Source: Candidatus Sungiibacteriota bacterium
GTDB taxonomy: Bacteria; Patescibacteriota; Minisyncoccia; Sungbacterales; SURF-37
Assembly: GCA_016203665.1 (NCBI GenBank)
Contig: JACQMJ010000005.1
Coordinates: forward strand, 1,516-65,515
Length of the DNA stretch: 64,000 nucleotides
Reading direction: 5' to 3'
The position numbers were made by a program, and so were the translations under genes. Shown here in pieces: positions 8,827-16,101 of the stretch. Position 1 is the stretch's first letter. Every line of letters starts with the position of its first letter. Below the pieces are notes generated by a model that searched no databases, had not been told where the DNA came from, and worked only from the letters and a program-made list of their open reading frames with translations.

Positions 8827-10089
8827 ATGGCAACATTTTTTGAGCAAACTCGGGCGAGCGTTGAGCGCGCGGCAGCGGCGCTCGGCTTGAGCGCGAATGC
8901 GGTCTCGGCGCTTCAAAAGCCCCAGCACGTGCATGCCTTTGATCTGCCGCTTCCGTTGGAGAACGGAGAAACGCGTATCTTCAAGGCCTGGCGTGTACAG
9001 CACAACGATGCCCGCGGGCCCTATAAGGGCGGCATCCGTTTCCATCCGGATTCGAATCTCGATGAGGTCGAGGCGCTGGCTTCGCTCATGACCTGGAAGA
9101 CCTCGCTTGTCGGTATTCCGTATGGCGGGGCCAAGGGCGCGGTGACTGTGGATCCGAAGCAGCTCTCGCCAAAGGAGTTGGAAGCGGTGTCGCGGAGCTA
9201 TGTGCGCAGGCTCTTTGATGTCATTGGCCCGAAGCGCGACATTCCCGCGCCGGATGTCGGAACAACGCCGCAGGTCATGGCCTGGATGGTGGATGAATAT
9301 TCCAAGCTGGCCGGGCAATATGAGCCCACGGCCTTTACCGGCAAACCCGTTGAGATCGGCGGCTCTTTTGGCCGCGACACGGCAACCGGTTTTGGCGGAG
9401 CGGTTATCCTGCGTGAATTCCTAAAGGCTAAAAAGCTAAAAGCTAATGGCCTGTCTGTGGCCATACAGGGCTTCGGCGCGGTCGGCTCGGCCATGGCGCG
9501 GCTTCTGGCAAAAGAGGGCTACCGTATTGTCGCGCTTTCAGATTCGCGAGGGGCGATCTATGATCTTAACGGCATTGATGTTGAGGAAACCATTCGCATC
9601 CAAGAGGAGCGGGGCCTGGTTAATCAACGGCCCTGCTCCTTGGAGGAGGCCTCGAGCGGCAAATGCCGCGTTTTGACCAATGCAGAGCTACTTGAACTTG
9701 AAGTTGATATTTTGATTCCCGCCGCCTTGGAGAATGTAATCAACGAGTCAAACGCTGGACGACTAAAGACGAAAGTTATTTTAGAAATGGCCAACGGGCC
9801 GGTGAGCGCCGAGGCCGATGCACTACTCGCGGCACGGGACATAAGCGTTATCCCCGATATCCTGGCCAACTCCGGCGGCGTGGTAGGCTCTTATTTTGAA
9901 TGGGTGCAGGGGCTGACGCGCTTTTATTGGGAGGAGGATGAGGTACTCTCGCGTATTGAGAAGATCATGGCCAAGGCCTTTAGTGCCGTGGCCGCGGAGC
10001 AAGCCAAGGGCGGAACGTGGCGTGAAGCATCGTATCGCATGGCTGTCGGCCACGTGGCCGATGCCATGCGTCTTCGCGGCTGGCTTTGA
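8827..10089 (+). CDS. gdhA: Glu/Leu/Phe/Val-family (glutamate) dehydrogenase
   Basis: KGGIRFHP...GIPYGGAKG catalytic region and GFGAVG dinucleotide fold. Confidence 0.92.
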   Translation: MATFFEQTRASVERAAAALGLSANAVSALQKPQHVHAFDLPLPLENGETRIFKAWRVQHNDARGPYKGGIRFHPDSNLDEVEALASLMTWKTSLVGIPYGGAKGAVTVDPKQLSPKELEAVSRSYVRRLFDVIGPKRDIPAPDVGTTPQVMAWMVDEYSKLAGQYEPTAFTGKPVEIGGSFGRDTATGFGGAVILREFLKAKKLKANGLSVAIQGFGAVGSAMARLLAKEGYRIVALSDSRGAIYDLNGIDVEETIRIQEERGLVNQRPCSLEEASSGKCRVLTNAELLELEVDILIPAALENVINESNAGRLKTKVILEMANGPVSAEADALLAARDISVIPDILANSGGVVGSYFEWVQGLTRFYWEEDEVLSRIEKIMAKAFSAVAAEQAKGGTWREASYRMAVGHVADAMRLRGWL

Positions 10090-10093
10090 GATA

Positions 10094-10129
10094 CAAAAAA
10101 ACGGGGAGAACGCCGCTATGTTCTCCCCG
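10094..10129 (-). terminator. Rho-independent terminator (U-tract on minus strand)
   Basis: CGGGGAGAAC-8 nt-GTTCTCCCCG preceded on + strand by A7. Confidence 0.65.
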
Positions 10130-10400
10130 CGGTCTGACGGCGTCGGGCGGCTTGCAGGTCGCCGTTTCGGAGGTGAAGGACGCCGGCGCTCGCGATGATC
10201 TCGAGCGCTTCGGATGTCTTTTCCCGCACTATGCAGACGCGGTACTCCTGGATTGCTTTGATGATGATGGAGCCAAAGGCGGCGAGGCACGTTCCCGAGC
10301 CGAAGGCGATGGCCAGAGGCAGGAAGTGCGGTGCATGGAGCCATACGGCCGCCGGAATCGCGCAGGCAAGGAAGAGGAGCAAGGACGCGGCCACGTTCAT
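10116..10400 (-). CDS. small hydrophobic membrane protein
   Basis: GGAGG 8 nt upstream of ATG 10400; two hydrophobic segments; terminator overlaps the 3' end. Confidence 0.5.
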   Translation of the reverse strand: MNVAASLLLFLACAIPAAVWLHAPHFLPLAIAFGSGTCLAAFGSIIIKAIQEYRVCIVREKTSEALEIIASAGVLHLRNGDLQAARRRQTAGRT

Positions 10401-10445
10401 GGGCGGCCTCCACTGAATGGGAGTTCGTGCTATGATGTATAGTGC

Positions 10446-10556
10446 ATGAAACCGGCAAAAATTGCAATCAATGGTTTCGGACGCACCCCGCACCGATCCC
10501 GCTTGCAGCGGGATGGTGCGGGGCGAGAGTCGGCATGCGGCAATCAGTTGTTCTGA
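10446..10556 (+). other. 36-codon upstream ORF whose first 13 codons re-encode the GAPDH N-terminus (MKPAKIAINGFGR), then a bulged 16-bp hairpin (10486-10523)
   Basis: Direct translation; KIAINGFGR is identical to gap codons 3-11, yet 8 of the 9 codons differ synonymously. Confidence 0.6.
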
Positions 10557-10564
10557 AGTAGACT

Positions 10565-11599
10565 ATGGTGAAAATAGCTATAAACGGCTTTGGGAGAATT
10601 GGCCGCTCGTTTTTCCGCGCCGCGTTCGCCTCGCCCGCCGTAGCTTCAGCGGAGGCGGGGCCGCCGGAGTTTGATATAGTAGCCGTGAACGACCTGGCCG
10701 ATCCCCAGACACTCGCCTACCTCCTGAAGTACGACTCGGTCTACGGCCGCTACGCTAAAAGTGTGGAGGCGGCCTCGGGCGGGCTCATCGTGGATGGCAC
10801 GCCCGTAGGCGTGCTCGCGGAAAAGGAGCCGGCGCGGCTTCCTTGGGCGAACCTTGGCGTTGACATAGTTGTTGAATCCACCGGGTTCTTCACGGACGGC
10901 GCGCGGGCGAGGGCGCACCTCGGCGCCGGCGCCAAGAGGGTGGTCATCACCGCTCCGGCGAGCGGAGAGGTGACGACGGCGCTCATCGGCGTCAATGATG
11001 ACAGGTTCGCCGAATCCGGGCCGCTCACCTGCAATGCCTCCTGCACCACGAACTCCGTGGCCCCGGTGCTCCAGATACTCCTCGAGCGCCTCGGCATCAA
11101 GAAAGCCGGCATGATCACGGCCCACGGTTACACCGCGAGCCAGAAACTCGTGGATGGTCCCGACGGTAAAGACCCGCGCCGAGGCCGGGCCGCGGCCGTG
11201 AACATCGTGCCTTCCACCACCGGCGCGGCCGAAGCCGTGATCCAGGCCATCCCCGCGCTTGAGGACAGGTTCAATGCCGTGGCCATCCGCGTGCCGACCA
11301 TCACCGGATCGCTCTCGGTCGTAACAGCCCTCCTCGAGCAGCAGACGACGGCAGCGAATGTGAACGCCATCTTCGAGCAGGCATCGAAAGATCCGCGCTG
11401 GTCGAAAATATTTAAGGTTACGCACGAGCCGATCGTATCCACCGACATCATCGGCGAGCCCTATGGCGCCATACTAGACGCCGCGCTAACGAAAGTTACG
11501 GGCGGAGATCTGGTGCAGGTATTCTCCTGGTACGACAACGAGGCCGGTTATACTGCGACCCTTATTGAGCACGTGCGGCGGGTTGCGGCGAACCTATAG
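10565..11599 (+). CDS. gap: type I glyceraldehyde-3-phosphate dehydrogenase
   Basis: INGFGRIGR NAD fold, catalytic ASCTTN, WYDNE C-terminal motif. Confidence 0.95.
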   Translation: MVKIAINGFGRIGRSFFRAAFASPAVASAEAGPPEFDIVAVNDLADPQTLAYLLKYDSVYGRYAKSVEAASGGLIVDGTPVGVLAEKEPARLPWANLGVDIVVESTGFFTDGARARAHLGAGAKRVVITAPASGEVTTALIGVNDDRFAESGPLTCNASCTTNSVAPVLQILLERLGIKKAGMITAHGYTASQKLVDGPDGKDPRRGRAAAVNIVPSTTGAAEAVIQAIPALEDRFNAVAIRVPTITGSLSVVTALLEQQTTAANVNAIFEQASKDPRWSKIFKVTHEPIVSTDIIGEPYGAILDAALTKVTGGDLVQVFSWYDNEAGYTATLIEHVRRVAANL

Positions 11600-11617
11600 C
11601 TATTTAGATATTTTAGT

Positions 11618-12886
11618 ATGCGCCAGTCGAGTTTATTCGGAAAAACGTTTCGCGAGGATCCCAAGGATGAAGTTTCCATAAATGCCCGCCTGCTGGAGCG
11701 GGGCGGTTTTGTGTATAAGACCATGGCCGGGGCATACGACTATTTGCCCCTGGGATACCGCGTTCTTGAAAAGATAAATAAGGTTATTCGGGAGGAGATG
11801 AATGCCATCGGCGGGCAGGAACTCCTCTTGACCGCGCTCCAGCCTAAGGATCGTTGGATGAGATCCGGCCGCTGGGAGACGCTCTCCGAGATCATGTACC
11901 AGTTCAAGGATCATTCCGGCCGCGAGGTCGGACTGGCGGCCACGCATGAGGAGCCCATGGCCGAGATAGCAACGCGTTCAATTTTTTCCTACAAGGACCT
12001 GCCGCTTTTCGTATATCAGATCCAGACGAAATTTCGCGACGAGCCGCGGGCCAAATCCGGCCTGATACGCGGCCGCGAGTTTTTGATGAAAGATCTCTAT
12101 AGTTTTCACCGCGATGAGCGCGATCTTGACCGCTTCTACGCCAAAGCCGACCGGGCCTACCAGAAAATTTTCAGGCGCCTCGGCCTGAAATTTTTCGTGA
12201 CCGAGGCATCCGGAGGAACGTTTACCAAACAGTTCACGCACGAGTACCAAGTGCTTTCCGAGGCCGGTGAGGACCATATCCTCTACTGCGAGCGCTGCCG
12301 CTACGCCCAAAATCAGGAGATCACGACCATGCGTATCGGCACGAAATGTCCCAAGTGCGCGAAAGGCGAGATCGGGGCCGGCAAATCCATAGAAATAGGC
12401 AACATCTTCAAGCTCGGGACGAAGTTTTCGGTTGCCTTCGGTCTCACCTACGCCGACGAGCAGGGGATGAGGCACCCGGTTATCATGGGCTCTTACGGCA
12501 TTGGCCCGGGCCGGCTCATGGCGACCATTGTAGAGGTGTCGCACGATGAGCGCGGCATCATCTGGCCCGAGGCTGTTGCGCCCTACTGGGTGCACCTCGT
12601 TGAGGTTAAAAGTGAAAAGGGAAAAGTGAAAGGTGCCGCCGAGGCGCTCTACAAGAAGTTACTCGCCGCGGACGTGGAAACGCTCTACGATGATCGCGAT
12701 GACAAATCTGCCGGTGAAAAATTCGCTGATGCCGACCTCATCGGCATCCCGTGGCGCGTGGTGGTGTCGGAGCGCACGCTTCGCGAGCGCGGTGTGGAGG
12801 TAAAGCGGCGAAGCGAGGCGCGGGCTAAAACCGTGTCGGTTAAGGAAGCGGAAAAACTCATTAGGAGATCAAAAAAGCCGGATTGA
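11618..12886 (+). CDS. proS: proline--tRNA ligase, short form without INS editing domain
   Basis: Class II motif 2 FRDEPRAKSGLIRGREFLMKD, bacterial-type N-terminus, anticodon-binding C-terminus; 422 aa. Confidence 0.88.
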   Translation: MRQSSLFGKTFREDPKDEVSINARLLERGGFVYKTMAGAYDYLPLGYRVLEKINKVIREEMNAIGGQELLLTALQPKDRWMRSGRWETLSEIMYQFKDHSGREVGLAATHEEPMAEIATRSIFSYKDLPLFVYQIQTKFRDEPRAKSGLIRGREFLMKDLYSFHRDERDLDRFYAKADRAYQKIFRRLGLKFFVTEASGGTFTKQFTHEYQVLSEAGEDHILYCERCRYAQNQEITTMRIGTKCPKCAKGEIGAGKSIEIGNIFKLGTKFSVAFGLTYADEQGMRHPVIMGSYGIGPGRLMATIVEVSHDERGIIWPEAVAPYWVHLVEVKSEKGKVKGAAEALYKKLLAADVETLYDDRDDKSAGEKFADADLIGIPWRVVVSERTLRERGVEVKRRSEARAKTVSVKEAEKLIRRSKKPD

Positions 12887-12893
12887 CTGTGAG

Positions 12894-13433
12894 TCAACCG
12901 GCTGGTGCGCTCCGGCAATTCCGGAAGCGGATGAGGGCGTGGATGAAGGCGCGCCGGATATAAAGAAACATGGCTCCGGCCAGCACGACGACGCTTACCG
13001 CGAAGAAGGCGGTAAAGTAATAGACCGCGGTTGCCTGTCCTCCTACGCTGAACATGACGATGAAGGCGTGAGGGTCCCGGATGAAGAGTCCCGCCGCGAG
13101 TCCGAGACCGGCGCCGCAGATGATGTTCCAGCCGCAATAGGAAAGTTCGGTCCCGAGGCGGCCGCCTGATCCGGGAGCGATGAGCATTGCGCCGAGGTGA
13201 ACCGTGAAGGCGGTGACGGCGATGGAGAAGAAAGCCAGCATCGCCATGTCGGCGCTCGCGAGCGAACTGCGAAGATTATGCTCCTTCGCGAGGAGGATCG
13301 CGGCGAGGATAAGGCCGGCGGCGTTTAGGAAAAGAGAGGCGGCGCGGAAGACCGTGCGGCGGCGGCCCGGCACGCTTGCCGGCTGGACTCTGACGCCCCG
13401 CTTAACGAAGGAGAGTGTCGTGGTTCCCTGCAT
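12894..13433 (-). CDS. multi-pass membrane protein, unknown function
   Basis: Four to five hydrophobic helices from internal ATG 13433; the upstream part of the ORF looks non-coding. Confidence 0.5.
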   Translation of the reverse strand: MQGTTTLSFVKRGVRVQPASVPGRRRTVFRAASLFLNAAGLILAAILLAKEHNLRSSLASADMAMLAFFSIAVTAFTVHLGAMLIAPGSGGRLGTELSYCGWNIICGAGLGLAAGLFIRDPHAFIVMFSVGGQATAVYYFTAFFAVSVVVLAGAMFLYIRRAFIHALIRFRNCRSAPAG

Positions 13434-13636
13434 CTTTCGGCCTCCTTTCGGGTGGTGTCCGTTTTTCGCGGGTTGGTTCTCCGTAGCGGTCGTAGGCGGG
13501 TTTCTGGAGGTCCATACTATCCTCCGAAGGCTTTCGAATATTGGCCCGGCATGGGGTTGTTTTTCTGGAGTGCTGGTGCTATAGCTAAATATACTCTTGG
13601 CGGTCTGGGGCACCTATTTGAGATATTCACCATGCC

Positions 13637-13744
13637 ATGTTGAACAAACTCTTCGGACTATTTTTCAAAGACTCCGCACCGGAACCTTCGGTTCGGTACG
13701 GGGCAGGCATCGGCATCAATCTCAATTCCATTCATGCTGAATAA
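13637..13744 (+). other. 35-codon upstream ORF re-encoding the MreB N-terminus (MLNKLFGLFFKD...IGINL), split by a 36-nt hairpin insert (13673-13708)
   Basis: Direct translation; 14 of 17 alignable residues are identical to MreB with 8 synonymous codon changes; the stop overlaps the mreB ATG. Confidence 0.6.
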
Positions 13745-14789
13745 ATTTTTTGGTCTCTTTTCGAAAGATATCGGCATTGATCTGGGGACGGCGAATTCCC
13801 TAGTCTACGTGCGCGGCCGCGGCATTGTCATCAATGAGCCCTCGGTCGTGGCCGTGAACCAGAAGACCGGGCAGGTGGTGGCCATCGGGCAGGAGGCCAA
13901 AAAAATGGTCGGCCGCACGCCCGGCCATATTTCCGCCATCCGGCCGCTGGTGGAAGGCATCATCTCGGATTTCGAGGTGACCGAGGAGATGCTCCGCTAT
14001 TTCATACAGAAGGTTCACAACGGCTCGATGAGCGTTATGCCGCGGCCGCGCGTCGTCATCGGCATTCCCTCGGAGGTTACCGAGGTGGAGCGGCGGGCCG
14101 TGGAGGACGCGGTGAAAAACGCCGGCGCGCGCGAGGTCTTTCTAGTTGAGGAGCCGATGGCGGCGGCCATCGGCGTGCGCTTGCCGGTGCAGGATGCGGT
14201 TGGGTCCATGATCGTGGACATCGGCGGCGGCACCGCGGACATCGCGGTCATTTCGCTAGGCGGTATCGTCGTTTCCAAAAATTTACGCATTGCCGGCGAC
14301 CGGCTTAATGAGGACATCATCCGCTTCGCACGCGATGAGTACAAGCTGCTCCTCGGCGAGCGGACGGCTGAGGATTTGAAAATTGCCATCGGCTCGGCTT
14401 GCGAGCTTGATGAGCCAATGGAGGCCACCATGCGCGGCCGCGATCTTGTAACCGGCCTGCCGAAGGAGGTGGTCGTGGATGATGCGGAAATCCGGCGGGC
14501 CATGAAACATTCCCTTTCCGCGCTCATCGCCGCCATCAAATCCACCATTGAGGCCACGCCGCCTGAACTGGTGGCCGACATCATGCACCGCGGCATCGTG
14601 CTCGTCGGCGGCGGATCGCTGCTGCGCGGGCTTGACCAGGTCATTGCCGAGGAGACCCGGATACCGGTGGAGTTGGCCGAGGATCCGCTGACAGCGGTGG
14701 TGCGCGGCACGGGCGCCATCCTGGAGGATTTGGATGGCCTGACCGAGGTGCTTGTCAGTGCGGAGTACCAGAAGGCGCCCACAGTATAA
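13734..14789 (+). CDS. mreB: rod shape-determining protein MreB
   Basis: Actin-fold motifs IGIDLGTANS, VIGIPS, DIGGGTAD, VLVGGGSLL. Confidence 0.96.
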   Translation: MLNKFFGLFSKDIGIDLGTANSLVYVRGRGIVINEPSVVAVNQKTGQVVAIGQEAKKMVGRTPGHISAIRPLVEGIISDFEVTEEMLRYFIQKVHNGSMSVMPRPRVVIGIPSEVTEVERRAVEDAVKNAGAREVFLVEEPMAAAIGVRLPVQDAVGSMIVDIGGGTADIAVISLGGIVVSKNLRIAGDRLNEDIIRFARDEYKLLLGERTAEDLKIAIGSACELDEPMEATMRGRDLVTGLPKEVVVDDAEIRRAMKHSLSALIAAIKSTIEATPPELVADIMHRGIVLVGGGSLLRGLDQVIAEETRIPVELAEDPLTAVVRGTGAILEDLDGLTEVLVSAEYQKAPTV

Positions 14790-14797
14790 GATAAGAT

Positions 14798-15577
14798 ATG
14801 TCAGTGCGCGGCAGGTTGGGCAAAACGCTTTTTATCGCGGCCGTATCAGCCCTGTTCGTTTTTTTCGGCACGGCCGGAGCGGCCGGCCGAGCGCGTGCGG
14901 CCACGTTCCGGGTCGCATCACCGCTCCTCGTAATTGCCGGCCGCGGGGGTGCGGGGGTGCGGGACTGGCTCGGGAAGTTTTCGGGCGGTCGCATGCGGGC
15001 GCTGGAGGAGGAACGGGGACGGCTTCTAGCGCGCCTGGCCGCGCTTGAAGCTGTCCGCGAAGAGAACGAAATACTCCGTGCCGCATTGGCACTGCGCCGG
15101 GAGGGTGAAGCGGGAGCCATTCCCGCCAGGGCCATCGCTTTTTTGCGCGAGGGGCGAGACGAATACATCCGGCTTAACAGCGGCACCGCCGACGGCATCG
15201 GCATCGGTGATATCGTGGTGAACCGCGATCGCGTGCTTGGCGGCACCGTGGTAGCGGTGGATGCGCACTCAAGCCGCGTCATCCTATTTTCCAGCTTCTC
15301 GCGGAGCATGGACGTTTCCATTCCCACGGCCAACCTCCGCGCCATTGCGCGGGGCGCCAACGCCCGCGAGCTCGCCGTAGAGCTCGTGCCGAACGACGCC
15401 CCTGTGGGCGTCGGTGATCTCGTGTTCGCCTCGCCGCGCGTCACCGGCGGCCGGCCGCTAGTTTTGGGTGAGATCCGCGAGGCGCACCAGGACGAGCCGG
15501 AGGTCTTTAAGATCGTGCGCGCCACGCACCTCTTTGATCCCGCCGATCCGGATGTAATCGTGCTCCTGGCCCCATGA
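14798..15577 (+). CDS. mreC: rod shape-determining protein MreC
   Basis: Position after mreB, N-terminal TM helix, coiled coil (LEEERGRLLARLAALE), beta-rich C-terminus. Confidence 0.82.
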   Translation: MSVRGRLGKTLFIAAVSALFVFFGTAGAAGRARAATFRVASPLLVIAGRGGAGVRDWLGKFSGGRMRALEEERGRLLARLAALEAVREENEILRAALALRREGEAGAIPARAIAFLREGRDEYIRLNSGTADGIGIGDIVVNRDRVLGGTVVAVDAHSSRVILFSSFSRSMDVSIPTANLRAIARGANARELAVELVPNDAPVGVGDLVFASPRVTGGRPLVLGEIREAHQDEPEVFKIVRATHLFDPADPDVIVLLAP

Positions 15578-16089
15578 GATTCTTTGCGTGGTTCGGCGTG
15601 TTCCTCGCTGCACTGCTCCTTGAAATGGCAGTGTTACCGCAGTTTTTCGGAGCATTGGCGCCGTCATTGACGCTTGCCGTTCTCATCCCCGGCATCGCGA
15701 GCCAGCGGTTCTGGCCCGGGTTCGGGTTTGCCGCCGCGGCTGGCCTGGCCCTTGATGTCGTGGCCGGCGGGGGCATTCATACCCTTGTGGCCATCGGCAC
15801 GTTTTTTTCCATGCAGGCGTTTAGAGCGCTCACCCAGTGGGAGGAGCCGCTTGACCGCATCGGCGCGGTGGCCTGCGGGCTCATCCTCCAACCGCTCCTC
15901 CAGTTTGTTGGCGCACATGTTGCCGATTCAGTGTTCGGTGCTGCGGCGGTTCCGCTCTCCGTCTCCGATATCGCCAGTGTTTCATATCTTCGCGAAATTT
16001 CGTTCGCGGCCGGCTGGTTCATGCTCTTCGTCTGGTTTGAAATCCGCCGCGTGCGCCGTTATCGGGCCGGGCGCCTCATGCATCTCTGA
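15574..16089 (+). CDS. mreD: MreD-like membrane protein
   Basis: ATGA overlap with mreC, about five TM helices, canonical operon position. Confidence 0.6.
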   Translation: MRFFAWFGVFLAALLLEMAVLPQFFGALAPSLTLAVLIPGIASQRFWPGFGFAAAAGLALDVVAGGGIHTLVAIGTFFSMQAFRALTQWEEPLDRIGAVACGLILQPLLQFVGAHVADSVFGAAAVPLSVSDIASVSYLREISFAAGWFMLFVWFEIRRVRRYRAGRLMHL

Positions 16090-16101
16090 CCAGCACTGCC
16101 T

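Noticed and set aside
9420-9448. Repetitive DNA ctaaaggctaaaaagctaaaagctaatgg inside gdh
   Set aside because: It is in frame and encodes a Lys-rich surface segment (LKAKKLKANG). There is no sign of an inserted element or disruption.
14015-15525. Long antisense ORFs opposite mreB/mreC (255-256 aa), and similar ones opposite ftsK, PBP2, dnaK and the GHKL gene (for example 47525-48409 +)
   Set aside because: They are Ser/Arg/Pro/Ala-rich translations of the reverse strand of well-supported genes, as expected in GC-rich DNA.
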